In this document: positions 46,690-62,478 of the stretch, one piece after another
How the letters are laid out: every line of letters begins with the position of its first letter
Position numbering within the stretch: position 1 is the first letter of the stretch
Origin: Hemiscyllium ocellatum
Lineage: Eukaryota
Reading direction: 5' to 3'
DNA: 64,000 nucleotides
NCBI RefSeq assembly: GCF_020745735.1
Contig: NC_083409.1
Span: forward strand, 14,192,760-14,256,759
The notes under the pieces: model-generated
Database searches by the model: none
What the model saw: the letters and a program-made list of their open reading frames with translations, nothing else
What the model was told of the DNA's origin: nothing
Made by a program: the position numbers and the translations under genes

Positions 46690-49600
46690 GCATTATTGAT
46701 AAAAGAAACCATGACTGCAGTATTGCTACTGAAGGAGCATTTCTTGGAAGGGTCCTTCAAATGACGCCGTCTGGGTAGAGCTAAACAAAAGGACAATCAC
46801 TTTGCTGGGCTATTACTACAGCCTCCCCAATAGTCAGATGAGAGAGAGGAGCAGATATGTCGGCAAAGCAATGAGAGGCTTGAGAGGAATAGGGCTATAT
46901 TAGCAAGGAATTTCAACTTCTCTAACATAAACTTTATGTTTGACTTCATGTGAATGGAATTTTTAAAGTCCATCCAGGAGAGCTTTTGGTGCCAGTACGT
47001 AGATAGTCCCACTAGACATGGGCAGTGCTGGCTCAATCCGAGTAATGTCAAATTGTTGAAGAGTCAATGGGTGAGCATTTTGGAGATAGTGAACATAACT
47101 CCGTACGTTTCCTAACTATTATGGAAAGGAATAAGGGTAGTGCAGAAGTTAAATGTCTAAAGTGAGGCAAGACCAATTTCAATTTCATTAGACAGGATCT
47201 GGCAAATATAGACTGGGATCAGTTACTTGGAGGTCAGTCTACATTTGGAAAATGGGGATCTTTTTAATGTAGTTCAGGGCCAGCTCAGAAAGAAAGGCAA
47301 GGACAGCAGCTCCTGGGATCCTGGATGTCAAAGGACATGGATAGTTTGTGAAAGAAAAAGGAATAAGCACATACCAAGTACAGAGCTTTAAAAAGAGGGG
47401 AGGCCCTTCGGGAGAAGCGAAAGTGTGGGGGGGTACTTAAAAAATAGGAGGACAAAGAGGGGCCATAAAATATCTTTGGCAGCCTGATCCCCTCACCCCA
47501 GAATACTTAGGAAAGTGGTATTAGAAAGAATAGATGCACTCGTCGTCATCTTTCAGAAATCTAGACTCAGGAGCAGTTCCTATGGACTGGAAAGTGGCTA
47601 AAATAACCCCACTATTTTAAGAAGGAAGACAGATAGAACACAGTGTTTTTTGTCGACCAGTTAGCTTGGCATCAGAGTGGGAGAAATACGGGAGTCTATT
47701 ATAAAAGATACGCAGCAAATGTTGTTGTAACCTGTGCCTTATGAACCGGCATTCTTGACAAACCCGCAAAAGTTATATCCCTCAAATGCTGCAAAGTTTA
47801 ATATATCATTCTGTCCAATTATTATACATTTATAATTTATTAACTTCAGTGTAAATATACTTGTTTTCCAATTGAATGGCCACATGAAATACCAACAGTT
47901 GATTCAATTTCGAGTCAATTTCTCCTCAAACACGGCAAGCTGGGTAATCAGTTGAGAGTGTGAGTGAGAAGGATATGGGGACAAAGTGGGCTATTCTAGA
48001 TACAAAGCATTGCTGACCACAATCATCTAGTGGCCTGCAGGGTGTAGCTTGTCAGGAGCTGAACAAGAAAGAAAGAGTCATTAGGCTGAACAAGAAAGTT
48101 TGCAATTAAAGATGCCCAAGTACATCAGTCACATACTGAGAGCAAAAGGATTTGCCTGGATTCTGGAAAGGTAAGAGCGGTGGCAGTGATGTGGTGACTG
48201 ACAGATGTGAAAACAGTGTAAGGGTTTGTTGGATTCATCAAATACGAAGTGTCAATTTCTAATTAGAGTGACAATCATGATGCTAGCCAACTATTCCCAT
48301 CCCAACTGCTGGTATTATTGGACAACACAGATCTCAGACTGAAACACAAACAAACTGCTGAAGAAATGCAGTTGGTCTGCAGCATCTGCAGAGCATAAGT
48401 ACGCAATGCTGATGATTTAGATTGAATAATAAGACCTCAGTGCACAAAAGAAATGACGATAAAATAAAACATACTGACAGAAAACACAATTGCAAAAGAT
48501 TTCAAAACAAGGCAAAATAAAATCCTTTCTATTCAAACATTATAGCTTTATTGTATTGAAATAACAGTGAGAAGGCGTTCATTTCTCTAACGTGTCTTTA
48601 GGTTTAACTTAACTGTAGTTTTCATTTCATTGTCTTGAAAGTTTAATTGCCTTTTCCTTGATGAATACTTCGCTGGCCACAGGTGAAGTGCCAGACTGGA
48701 GGATTGTCAATGTGGTTCCTTTGTTCAAGAAGGGCAGCAGGGATAGGCCAGGCAATTCCAGACCAGTTAGTCTGATGTCAGTGTGAGGGAAATTATTAGA
48801 AAAAATCCTGAAGTACAGGATTAAGCAATACTTGAAGAGGTCGGGATGCCAGTATTGATTTGTTTGACAAAGGCCCCACATGGAAGGCTGATCCAGATGG
48901 TCAGAGCCCATGGGATCCAAGGCAAGTTGACAAGTTGGTGAAGGGTTGTCTTCGTAATTGGAAGCCTGTGACCAGTGGTGTATGACAGGAATTGGGGCTG
49001 CGACATTTTCTGTTTGTAATGTACCTTAATGAATTGACTGTGATTGTATAATTAGAAAGTTTTCAGATGCCACGTAAATTGGTGGTGTTGTTGATATTGA
49101 TTTTATTTTATTGTTACATGGACTCAAGTACAAAAGTATTGGAGTACAGTGAAAAGTATGTGATGTCACCTTGGAAGGAGCCATCTTAGGTACAAGGACC
49201 GAGATACAGAATCTTAAGAACAAGGTATAAAGAAAGAATAAATTTAAAAGTTACACGTTACAGACTTTTTTACCTTTTTAGTTTTAAGAATAAAATAAAG
49301 AAATAAATCTGGAAGTTCAATCATTCAGTCTTTCTTAAGTGCTTAGCTACCGTGGGATCATACTTTGAATCATTCACTTCGAGACCGGAAGGCAAGCTGA
49401 GGCTGTGCTGGGCTGAAAGACCACTATATACAGCAAAAGACCACACTGTGGGCCGAGAGACAACCACGTTGGTCCATTGAGAGATCGCCATGCTAGGCCG
49501 AGAGTTCGTCACGCTGGAGTGACAGTCGAGCATTCTGAGCCGAGAGGCCTCCACATTAAACTGAGAGCCCAACACGTCAGACCGAGAGTCTGCCTCACCG

Positions 49601-51439
49601 AGCTGGGAGGTCTCTGTGCCAAATTAGGACTCTGCCACACCAAGTCAAGAGGCCGCAACACTGGGGCTGCACTGGTCAGAGGCCTGGCGAGTGAGGCTGG
49701 AAGTCCGTGGCTGGGAGAGAAAAGAAGAGAGAACCGCAAAAGAAAAGCACAAAAGAAAATAAAAACCAGTGGAAGAAAAAGCAGAAAAGGAAACAGACGG
49801 AGCAGATGAACTTGGTCTGAAGAGTCCTACTCTGCTGCCATCTTGGATTACTGGGTCTCAGGCTACAGTCTGATATTGATCAGCTGGTAACTGGGCAGAA
49901 CAATGGCAGATGGAATTTAATCCTGACAAGTGTAAGGTGATCCAGTTTGGGAGGTCTAATAAGGGAGGGATATACACAATGAAAGGCATGTGCCTTGAGT
50001 GTCCTTATGCATGAATCACAGAGGGTTGGTCTACAGGTACAACAAGCAATTAGAAAGGCAAATGGAATTTTGTCCTTCATTGCTAAAGGGATTGAGTTTA
50101 AAAAGCAGAGAGGTTATACTGCAGCTGTACAGGATGCTGGTGAGGCCACACCTGGAGTACTTTGTGCAGTTTTGGTCTCCTTACTTGAGAAAGGATGTAC
50201 TGGCACTAGAAGGGGTGCAGAGAAGGTTGACTCCAGAGTTGAGGGTATTAGCTTATGAGGAGAGACTGAGTAGACTGGCATATATTCATTGGAACTTAGA
50301 AGAATGAGGGGGGATCTTATAGAAACATATAACATTATGAAGAGAATAGATAAGACTGAAGTAGAGAGAATATTTCCACTGGCAGGTGAAACTTGGACAA
50401 GAGGGCATCGCCTCAAAATTAAGGGGAGCAGATTTAGGATTGAATTGAGAAGGAACTTCTTCACCCAGAGGGTCAAAATCTATGAAATTTCTTGTCCTAT
50501 GAAGTAGTTGATGTTTCTTCAGTAAATATTTTTAGAGCTCAGATTTTTTTTTGAAAAATAAAGGAATTAAGAGATAAGATGAGAGTGCAGGTATGTGGAT
50601 TTGAGTCCAGGAAAAGATCCGCCATGATCTTATTGCACAGTGGAGCAGGCTCGAAGAGCCAGATGGCCAACTCCTGCTCCTGGCTCTTATGTTCTCATGT
50701 TCTTGGGAGTAGTGAGGAACAAAGGGACCTTGGTGTACAAGTCCACCGATCCCAGATGGAATCAGCACAGCTAGACAGGGTGGTGAAGAAGGCAAATGGG
50801 ATGCTTGCCATCATTAGCCGGTGTGCAGAATATCGGAGTAAGGAAGTCTCATTGTTAATTTACAGAGCATTGGTTAGGCCATATCTGGAACACTGTGTAC
50901 ATATCACTGTTGGACAAACATGATTGGACTGGAGAGGGTGGAGAGTAGATTCACCAGGATGTTGCTTGGGATGGAAAGTGTTAGTTATGAGGAGAGAGAC
51001 TTGATCAACTGAGTTTGTTTCCTGTGGAGCAGAGGAAGCATGGGGGGGTGGGTGGGGGTGGGGGCGTGGTGGAAGGGGTTGGTGAATCTGATTCTGAGAG
51101 ACATAAACAAAGTCAATTGTGATCATCTTTTCCCCATGGCAGACATGTCTATGACCGGAGGAAATAAGCTTAATGTGATGAAAAGGTGGTTGAGAGGGAA
51201 TTGAGGATTTTTTTTACCCCAGAGGGTGGTAGAAATATGGAATGTGCTGCTTGAGAAGGTGATGGAGGCAGCTCCTCTCACAACATTTAAGACACATCCA
51301 GATGAGCACATAAAATGCCAGGGCATGGAATGCTATGGACCAAGTGCAGGTAAATGGGATTAGTGCAGTTTGGTGTTTACTGATCAGCACTAACATGGTG
51401 GGCAGAAAGGCCTGTTTGTTTGCTTTATGACTCTATGAC

Positions 51440-52750
51440 TATGAAGAGAAGGAGGTGGAGACATTTTTCATGCCTTTTGAGAAGATATTTAAACAAGTGA
51501 GGCGAGGAAAAACAATGGAGTTTGCCCATGCAAAATGAACTTGGGAAGCACAAGAAGTTTCTATACCCCTGCCAGAGGAACATTCTCAGGATCACAAGGA
51601 AGTGAAAAGGTGAAAAGCACATATGCATCGATCCCAGAAACAAACAGACAGATGTTTCAGAACTTACAGAAACAGCCTCCACAAACTTCTACTGAGTTTG
51701 AGAGAATTCAGCAAAATAATGTTGACAGGTGGATAAGAGCATTAACAGCTGAGAATACTTACAATGCTGTCGGAGAAATTATTCTCTGAGAAGGATTTAA
51801 AACTTTCTTCCCTACTAGAATCAGAATTCATGTAAAAGCCTGAAGGGGAAGAACAGCATGACAAGCAGCTAGAATGGTTAATGATTATAGTCTTCATTAA
51901 AGCCAAAACCTTGCAGATGCTGGAATCCAAAGTCGACAAACAGGAGGCTGGAAGAGCACAACAAGCCAAGCAGCATCAGGAGGTGGAGAAGTCACCTGAT
52001 GGGAGATTAATCCAGAAACCTTTTTCCCATCAGGCCCAGAAATGGGAGAAAAATAAAAATTGGGAGTGTGTGTGGAAGGCAGGTAGACAGGGGAGAGAAT
52101 GGACAGGAGGGACCTGCCGGAGAACTACTCTTCAGATTAAGAAAGAAATTGCTGAGGCTGGAAGCGATGATCAGAAGTTGAAACGATTCTCTTGGAATAA
52201 GGTGGGCCATGTGCGTATGGAATGTTGGAAGCTGTGAGGTAAGACCCAGGAGATTTATGGGAGTTAGTAAAAATGAGTCAGAAGAGGGAATGCAAACAGA
52301 TAATCCCACGGAGCAGGTTGTAGCTGTAACTATAACAAAAAGGCTGGAGGTGAATTCTGTCATCAGTAAAGGAAGTTGTAAAATAGATGAGAGGTGGACA
52401 GGATTTTTATCAAAAGGAATGGTGACTCCTTTTTCTTCAGCTAAACCCAGAATCAAACTGAGAGATACAGGGGCAATACAATCACTTTTACTGGAGAAAG
52501 AATCGATTTTCCCTCCAGAGAGCTCAATGGATTCTAAGGTGTTCATCAAAATGTACAACTGGAATGTGATTTGTTATCAGGAGAAGTAATTGTCGGAGTG
52601 GGGAAAATATTCCCTGTTGAGGGAGTTGATTTTCTTCTGGGGAATATTTTGTCAGGATTAAAGGCAGTATCTTCCCCGATAATTACAGAATGTCCAAAGG
52701 AGGGCCAAGAAACAGAACAATGACAGGAACAGGTTCCTGGTCTCTCTCCT
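51440..52750 (+). mobile_element. Mirror copy of Gypsy gag-protease relic
   Basis: ORFs 51535-51789 and 52209-52589 (LRDTGAIQSLL). Confidence 0.75.
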
Positions 52751-55700
52751 TCGTGTGAGGTAACCAGAGCAATGGTTAAACAAAATCCATCAATAAGGGT
52801 TGATGTGACATCACAGCAAGTGAAAGGATCGCTGAAACTTTCCAAAAGGGTGAAGATAATCCAGGTGGAGTGGTTGGTATGATGTCCCTAATTACAGCAG
52901 ATCCAAAAAGCAGATCCCGAATGAAATAAATGAGCACTGTCAGTTCATACTGAGGTCGAGGCTGGAGGGGTTTCAGAATGCTATTATCTTCAGAATGGAG
53001 CACTGATGAGGAAGTGGAGACCGCCCCTCCACCACCGTCCCTCCATGGACCCCCAGATGAAGAATGGTTGGTTAGATATTGGCTCGTGGTACCATCCAGC
53101 TATCACAGGGAGATATCGTGAGGAGCACATCAGATTTCCATGACAGGACCGTGGGGATTTGGAAATTGTCCAATTGTCCACAGGCATCCAGAATCAGGTG
53201 TTTTATTGAGCCAAAATTATATAAAGATGTGGCACAGTTTTATAAATGTAACATACTTGAACTCATTTTTACCAATCTGCCAGCTGCAGATGCTTCTGTC
53301 CACGAAAGTACCAGTAAGGGTGACCACCGCACAGTCCTTGTGAAGACCAACACCCGCCTTCATTGAGAATAGCCTCCATCGTGTTGTGTGGCACTTTCAC
53401 GAGACTAACTGGGACAGACTTACAACCAATCTCACAACTCATGACTGGGCATCCATGAAGTACTGTGGGCCATCAACAGCAGCAGAATTGTGCTCCAGCC
53501 CCGACACGACCATTATCATCAAACCAGGGAATCAACACTAGTTCAATGGAGAATTCAGGAGGTCGTACCAGGAGCAGCACCAGTCATTCATCAAGATGAG
53601 GTATTCCTGCATTCCTGATGAAGGGTTTTTGCCCGAAAGGTCAATTTTACTGCTCCTCGGATGCTGCCTGAACTGCTGTGCTTTTCCAGCACCACTCTAA
53701 TCTAGACTCTGGTTTCCAGCATCTGCAGTCATTGTTTTTACCAAGATGAGGTATTTACCTGGTGAAACCACCAAACATGACTACTCGCATAGCAAGCAGC
53801 ACAAGCAGCAATTGACAGACAGTATTAGACAACACACAACCAATGGATCAGGTCTAAGCTCTGCAGCCCTGTCACATCCAGTCATGAGTACTGGTAGACG
53901 ATTAAACATCTCACTGGATGAGCGGGCTCCACACAAATATCCCCACCCTCAATGATGGAAGAGTCCAACACATCAGGGCAAAAGATAAGGCTGAAGCTTT
54001 TGCAGAAATCCTCAGCTAGAAGTCCTGAGTGGATGATCCATCTTGGCCTCCTCCAGTGGTCCTCAGCATTAAAGATAACCATCTTCAGTCAATTTGATTC
54101 ACTCCACGTGTTATCAAGAAATGGGTGGAGGCACTGGGTACTGCAAAGGCTATGGACCCTGACAACATTCTGGTAATAATACTGAAGACTTGTGCTCCAG
54201 AACTTGTCACTTCCCTAGCCAAGCTGTTCCAGGAAAGCTATAACACTAGCATCTGCCCGACAATGTGGATAATTGCCCAACAATGTCCTATACATAAAAA
54301 GCAGGACAAATCCAAGCTAGCCAGTTACCGCCCCATCAGTCTCCTCTCGGTCATTAGCGAAGTGAGGGAATGTGTCATCAACAGCACCTGCTCAGCAATA
54401 ACCTGCTCAGTGATGCCCAGTTTGGGTTCCACCAGGGTCACTCAGCTCCTGGCTTCATTACAGATTGGTTCAAACGTGGACAAAAGAGTTGAATTAGGGA
54501 TGAGCAATAAATGCTGGCCTTGGGCAACTGGGGATAAGCAACAAATGCAGGCCAGCCAGTGATGCTCACATTACACAAAATGAATAATTTTTTAAAAACA
54601 CTTGTCAAGTTATAGGTAAACCTCAACATGTGATTGAACCAGCATCCTTAATTCCTCTCTCAGTTTTTGAGGAACCATTCAGTCGTGTACAGGTGTGTCA
54701 AGTAGTGAGTATAATGGAGGAGGGGATGAGAAAAAGCATGAGATCCAAAGGCAATTGGACAATTTCCAAAGTGAACTTCCTCCTATGAGGTGAACAAATT
54801 CAGAGATATTAGAGAATTCAGACACTGTATTTTTGCATCTGGAGGAAGATCAACAGAGGGACAGAGTGAGATTGCTCAGAGAATACAAAGAAGTTTGTCT
54901 GAGGAGTGGTTGGAGCCAGTATTCAGTCTGTACTTGATGGAGTTTGGAAGGATGAGGGGCAATCTCAGTGAAACATACTGTATACTGAGAGGCCTGGATA
55001 GAGTAGACATGGAGAAGATGTTTCCACTTGGCAGAGAGACTGAGGGCACAGCCTCAGAGTGAAGGGACCATCCTTTGGAACTGAGATGAGGAGGAGATTT
55101 TTCATCCAGAGAGTGGTTAATCTGTGGATTAATCATTGCTGCAGAATGCTGTGGAGGCCAAGTCATTGAGTGTATTTAAGACAGAGATAGATGGATTCTT
55201 GATTGGTAAAGGGATCAAGGGTAATGGAGAAAAGGCAGGAGATTGGGGTTGACAAACAAATCAATTATGATCGAATGGCAGGGCAGACGTGATGGGCTGA
55301 ATGGCCTAACTCTACACTGATACATGGTCTTTAGAAGATACACTTAGGTGTCCCAGATTAATCGAACATGATGTGGATGTAGGTTATTCAGACCCAGTAA
55401 AACAAAATCCATTTTGATTAAAACCAGAGAAATAAGTCAAAGTAACAAATGAAGCTCAATTCATGTTGGAGAATCAATTGATTGAATTGTCAGCGTAATT
55501 GGAGTTCTCTTGTGTAGGATTGAGCAAAAGTCACTATCATCTAAAACCCTGGATTTTTTGTAAAAAATGGCTGCCTGGAACTATTGTTCTGCCTGGAATT
55601 CCAGTTCACACTTCAACTCTGAAAGGGACACCAACCAGAACACAATCTCTTGACTAAAACTAACTTTTACAACCTCGGCCTACTAACACACACTACCAAC

Positions 55701-56861
55701 AAGCAGCTTTAGAACCAACAACTACAGAGGCTGAACAGAGAAGCTGAATCCAGACACCAAACCAAGAGCATCATCGTAACAAAGGACACCCGAGAGCAGG
55801 AACACCAACCAAACGCTATCTGAACAAGAGCTTCCAGACACAGGCCTGTTCTGAATAAACACAGAGATTCTTTTGCCCTGAAACACCTGTCTATTGCCTT
55901 CTTAATTTCACAGTTTTAAATCAGCCCATTTGTGGAACCAGGGATCTGGGGATGATTCAAACCACCTAAAAATCAGCAAATTACTGATCACAAACAAGAG
56001 AGGGTCCCCTGATTGAACTGTTAAGAGTAGTTGGAGTTCTCTTGTTTGGTGACTCAGCCAGATGTTTCAATTCGATTCTGTGTACACTATAGGAAAGTGA
56101 ATGTAGTCACAAAGATGGATTTGTAACCTATTCCCAGGTCAGAAGATTGCATTGAAATGGTGGGTAGTGTGTCATTCCTATTGAAAATTGATTGGATGAA
56201 AGTATATTGACAAGTATCGCTGACAAAAGCTGACAAGGAAATTTCTGCCTTTGCTGCATTCTGGATCTTTGTACACAAAGGAAAACTCAAATCCATTTGA
56301 AACATGTTGGGACGTCAGGGTATAGACTGAGGGCAGAACTGAAGAAAATTAGTTTTATTCGGGAAATGGTTTTGGAAAATTTATGGGATTAAAGTTTGAT
56401 AAATCCGCAGGGACCAATAACCTACATTTCAGATTACTTCAGGAATTGCCCAAAAATTTTGGGAACATTGGTGTTCAAGATTCTATTGATTCTGGAACTT
56501 TCCCAGTGACTGGAGAGTTGCGAATGTAACATCACTGTTTAAAATGGGAGGGAGAGAGAAAAGTGGGCAACCTGGACCAGTCAGCCTGGCATTGGTATTG
56601 GGAAAAATAGTCAAGTTCGTTGTGAAAGATTTAATCACTGGGCACGTGGAAGACAGTGATAGGATTAGACAGAGTCAGCATGGTTTGTGGAAAGGGAAAT
56701 CATGCAGAACAAATTGACTGGAATTGTTCGAGGATGGAATGAGCAGATTTGACAAGGGGGAGCCAACGGATGTGGTTTATCTGGAACCTTCAGAAGGCTT
56801 TTAAACAGTCCCACAGTAGAAATTAGCGAGTAAAAGTAAGACTCAATGGACTGGGGCAGTG

Positions 56862-56994
56862 TACTGACATGGATAGAGAAGTGGTTGGCAGGCTGGAAAC
56901 AAAGAGTAAAAAAAAACAGACCTTTTCAGAAAAAGGTCTGTTTTTTTTACTCTTTGTTTCCAGCCTGCCAACCACTTCTCTATTCATGTCAGTA
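56862..56994. repeat. Mirror copy of the fold-back hairpin
   Basis: tactgacatggatagagaag...ccttttcagaaaaagg...cttctctattcatgtcagta. Confidence 0.93.
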
Positions 56995-59900
56995 ATGTTC
57001 ATATTTGTTCATGGTTTAGATGAGGGAACTTAAGAGTAATATCTCCAATTTGCAGATGACACAAAGCTGGGTGGGAGGGGGAGCAGTGAAGAAGATGCAG
57101 AGATGCCTGTGTCCGTGTATACCAGTCACTGAAAGTCAGCGTGTAGGTGCAGCAGGCAGTGCAGAAGGTAAATGATATGTTACCTTTATAGTGAGAGAAT
57201 TTGCGTACAGGAACAGGGATGTCTTGCTGTAATTGTATGGGGCCTTAGTGAGTCCACTCCTGAATATTCAAACCAAAACTGGTTCAGTGACAGGAGACAG
57301 AGGGTGGAGGCAGAAATTTGTTTATGTGACTGGGCCCAGTGTGCAGTGGGATACCACAGGGATCAGTGCTGGGTCCCTTATTGTTCAGGATGTATTGAAA
57401 CAATGAAGATGAGAATGTGAGAGGTGAGGGGTGGGGGTGAGTGGATGATGACTGAGTTTTTGGATGACACGAGGTTTGGCAGATGGTTGACAATGAGGAA
57501 GAAGGTCTTGGGTGACACGAGGATCTAACTGGATTGGTCAGATGGGCAGATCAGAGTCAGATGGAACTTACCCCTGATAAATGTGAGGTGATGAACTTTG
57601 GACAATGTAACAGGTGAATAAAGTATTGATGAAATCATATGGGACACTTGCCTTTATCATTTCAGGTATAGATGAGAAGACCAGGGAAGATATGTTGGAG
57701 CTATTCAGAATTTTTGTTAGGCCACAGCTGGAGTACTGTGTGCAGTTCTGGTCACCACGCAATCGGAAGGATGGGATTGTATTGGAGGGGGTGCAGAGAA
57801 TAGTCACCAGGATGTTGCTTGGGATGAAGCATTTCAGCGATGAAGAGAGGCTGGATAAACTCGGGTTGTTTTCTTTGAAGCAGAGAAGGTTGAGAGGACC
57901 TGATAGAGGTGTAAACGGCTATGAGGGGAATGGACACAATGAATAGAAAGCAGTTGTTCCTCTTCTTCGGAGTTGGCACACATTCACTGTGAAAGACAGG
58001 AGCTTCATAGGGGATTTGAAGAGGAGATTTTCACCCAGAGGGTGGTGGGGGTCTGGTTTGCATTGTCTGGGCTGGTAGTTGAGGAGGACTTTTAAAAGTA
58101 CTTGGATTAACCCTTGAAATATCATAACATTTAAAGCTATGGGCCTTGTGTTGGAAATTTGGATGAATGCAGGTTTACTGTAGTTTGGATGGTACAGGTA
58201 CAATGGGTCGAAGGGCCTCTTCTGTACTGTGCGATTTTACGATTGTATTGTGTGCAGTTTTGGTCTACTTATCTGAGGAAAGATGTTCTGGCTGTGGAGG
58301 GAGGGCAGCGAAGGTTTACCAGGCTGACTCCTGGGATGACAGCAATTAGACTTAGATCTGATGAGAAACTGGACCAGTTAGGATTATATTCACTGGAGGT
58401 TAGAAGATTATGGGGAGTCACACTGAAAACTCTAGAATCCTAACAGGACAAGACAGGATGTTCCTGATGACGAAGGAGTCCAGAATCAAGGATTAAAGTT
58501 TAAGGATACGGGAAAGGACATTTAGAGCTGAGATGGAGAGAAATATTTTCATTCTACAGGAAGCCTGTAGACGTTTCTGTCACTGAAAGCAGTTCAGCTC
58601 AAACCACTGAATGTTTTCCAGAAAGGGCACAATACAGTTCTTAGAATGAAAGGGATCAAAGGTTATGGGGATGAAGCAGGAACAGGCAGCTGAGTTGGAT
58701 GATCAGCCATGATCATATTGAATGGCAGAACAGGCTCGAAGGGCTGAATGGCCTATTCCTGCTCCGAGTTTCACTGTTTGAGAGATTGTTCATCAACGTG
58801 GAACCATATTGAATAAGAGAAAAAACATTTGCCTTGGGTTAGGAATTAGTTTGGAGATAGGAGACAGAGTGAGGGAATAATGTGTGTGTCCTCAAATGAG
58901 CAAGAGGTGAATAGTGGTGTGCCCAGGGATCCGTCCTGGGACTTTAGCATTTCATAATATTTCTGAATGACTTGGATGAAGGAATAGAGAGCCATATATC
59001 CAAGATTGCTGACCACACTGAGTGAGGCAGCTAGGAGGAGGTTACAGAGATGGGGAGGGTCGATGGACAGGGAGGGACTTCAGAACAAGGACGAGAATTT
59101 GAAAATCGAGGTGTTATTGGACCGGGAGCCAATGTCGCTCAGTGAGGACAGTGGGGGATGGGGATGGGATTTGTTGCGAGTTCGGATTCGGGCAGCAGAG
59201 TTTTGGTGTGAGCTGAAGTTTACAGAGGGCAGTGGCTGTGATGTGGCCCAAGACAACATTAGAATGGTCATGTTTGGAGTCCCAAAGCAACGAGTGGGAC
59301 TTTCAGTGAGTGATCTCTGTGCTGTGGAGGATTTGGGGCTCAGATCAGCCTCAAAGATGAGGCCAAGATTTTAAGGAATCTGGTATGAAATAAAAGCCGA
59401 AAAAGCTGCAGATGCTGCAAATGAGGAACAAAAACAGAAATTGCTGGAAAAGCTCGGCAGGTCTGGCACCATCTGTGGAGAGAAAGCAGAGTTAAAATTT
59501 TGGGACGTGAACCTTCTCAGAACTGTTCTGAGGAAGGGTCACTCGACCTGAAAGGTTAACTCTGATTTCTTTCCCCAGATGCTGCCAGACCTGCTGAGGT
59601 ATTCTGTTTTTGTAAAGAGTCTGGTTGAGCAGCAGACAGTGCTCAGGGAGAGGGATGGAGGTTGTACCGGGACCTGAAGGGGATGGCTTTGATCTTCCCA
59701 ATGTGTTTCCCAGTGAGCCTGGCTACTCAGTCCTGACTGCTCTTAGCTGCTGTGATTGTCACTGATTGGACACTTATTATTAGAGATTCTGACCACAGCA
59801 GAAAGCCCCAGTGTAAAAAATAACTGCAAAGGCTGTCAGATCGCAAGGTTGAAACTTCACCAAGTGAGGAAGTGAAAGAAGGAGCTCGGAGCAGCTGCAC

Positions 59901-62122
59901 ATTTGTTACTGAGACGGGAGAAAACTGTGAACTGTCTGCACTCCCTGGAATCTGACAGCACATAAGAACATTAAAACCAGGAGCAGGAGCAGGCTCTCTG
60001 GCCTCTTGGGCTGCTCTGCCATTCAGTAAGATCATGGCTGATCTTTTCATGGCATCAGCTCCCCCTTATCCACCTTTTCACCAAAACCCTTGATTCATTT
60101 ACTGTTCAAAAAATTACCTAAATCAGCTTTAAAAACATTTACTGAGGAAACCTCAACGACTTCGCTGGGCAGGGAATTCCATAGATTCACCACCCTCTGG
60201 GTGAAGAAGTTCCTTCTCTATTTAGTCCTAAACCTGCACCCCCCCCCCCCCCCGCACCTGTGGTGTCTGTGAGTGATCCAATTATTCCCACTGCCCCCTC
60301 TCTCCCCATAACCCAGCAAATCTTTCCTTTCAGCTCGATCTCCAGCTGCCTCTTGTTGACTTGGGTCCACAGCAGAGACTGTCCCTAACCTGGGCTCCAA
60401 GCTGGCATCTCATTCATTCATTGGGAGGCAAACTGCCTGGGCTGGGAAATGGAGCTCAGGACCCTGAACATTCCCTCTCCCCTCCTGAGGGACATTTGAT
60501 GCTGAGGTTTAATTCTATGGAACTTTACAATATATGCCTACAATACACACTTCTCCATTCTGTGTGTAAAAGGCTGGAGCCTGCCAGCAGGATATTCAAC
60601 TGCAGGAGCCGTCATCAATTTGACCAATTCTGACCACACCCACTCTCCGTAAACTTTCAACTAATTACTAAAATCAAATCTGTCAATCTCCTCCTTGGTA
60701 TGAGACAGGGAAGGGGCCATTTCATTCCAGACAATTTGGAATTTATGGAGCACAGATGGAGTAAGCTGAGAGAGGACATCAGAATGTTGGAGTTTGGAGG
60801 TGGGATGAGCAGGAATAAGAGTTTCTGTGGTCAAGGGGCTGATGTAGTGCAGAGACAAACAATGTAGTGGAGATTGAAATAAGAGACCTAGGTGATGGAG
60901 AGGAAGTGGGGTTTGAAGCTCCAATACTGGAGGGTCCAGTGGGAAAGAAGCTCAGGCTTATTGCTGTCCATTGGACATTCCAGTGGGATGGAGGCCCATG
61001 TTTCCTGATCTCTGTTGGAGGTTCCAATTGAGTCCCATGGAATTGGAATGTTGGCATTTCTTGCAGCAATTGGAATCTTGGTATTTATTATAAAAGGACT
61101 GAATTACAGAAATAAAGAAATATTGTGACAATTCTATTAGGCATTGGTGAGACCACATCTGAAGCATTGTGTCCAGTTGTGGTCTCCTTACTTGGTGAAG
61201 GATATGGTGGCACTGGATTCAGTTCAGAGGATGTTCACCAGACTGATTCCCCGGATGAAAGGGCTGCCATATGAGGAATGGTTGAATAGCTAGGGCTTGT
61301 ACTCACTGGAATTCAGTTGTATGAAGGGGAGATCTGAGTGAAGTATATAAGATGCTAAAGGAGATTGATAGGGCAAGCATTGAACAGATGTACTCTCTTG
61401 TGGGCCAGTCTCGAACAAGAGGTCATAGACATAGAGTGAGAGGAGGTATGTTTAAAACTGAGATGAGGAGAAACTACAGGTGACAGAGTGGTGCAGTGGT
61501 GAGCACTGCTGCCTCACAGTGCCAGGGCCCCAGGTTCGACTCCACCCTCAGGCAACTGCATGGAGTTTGCACATTCTCCCCCTGTCTGTGTGAGCTTCAT
61601 CTGTGTGCTCTGATTTCCTCCCACAGTCTAATGATGTACACGTTCAGAGGATTGGCCATGCTAATTTACCCATAGTGTCCAGGAAAGTGTAGGTTAGATT
61701 CATTAGTCATGGGAAATATAGGGTTACAGGGAAAAGGTTCCAGAATGGCTCTGGGTGGAATGCTCTTTGAAGGGTTGGTGTGGACTTATTGGGCTGAATG
61801 GCCTGGTTTCATACTGTATGGAATCTGTTCCATTCCAACTACTTCTCGCAGAAGGTTGCGAATCTGTGGATGTCAGTGCGCACCATCATCTCCACCCCCC
61901 CTCCCCACTCCCCCCCCCTCCCCACCCCCTTCCTCAAGCACAGTGGAGGCAGAATCAATCAACAGATTCAAGAAAGAAACAGATATCTTTCTGATGAAAA
62001 GCAGGATAGAGGGCAATAGGTAGCCGTCTGGAAAGTGGAGAGGAGGTTAAGTTCAGCCATGATCATGTTAAATAGGAAACGGGTTTGATTACCTATTCCT
62101 GCTCCTCATTCCGAAGTTCAAT

Positions 62123-62478
62123 CTTGCAATGAGATCCTTGTTTACTGGTCTGTATTGGAGGATCCATTCACAAAGAGTCACATCTTTACTGGTCTGTATT
62201 GGAGGAGCCAGTTTGAAGCTCGTCTATATTTACTGGTCTGCACTGGAGAGTTCAAAGAAATGGAGGCCTTTCTCTCCTGGTTTCTATTGGAGGGCCCAGT
62301 AGGAATAAGGTCCATGTTAACTAGGCTCTGCTCGAGTATTCAGTGGGAAATAGATCCATATTTACTGGTCTCCATTGGAGGCTCCAGCGGCAAAGATGCC
62401 TATGTTTAATGGTCTCTACTGGAGAGTTCTGTGGGAATGAATTCCATGCTTACTGGTCTCCACTGGACAGTCCAGTGG
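62123..62478. repeat. Mirror copy of the 44-bp array
   Basis: tttactggtctgtattggagg units. Confidence 0.88.

Noticed and set aside
46319-46796. ORFs containing long X runs
   Set aside because: Artefacts of translating the 200-N gap.
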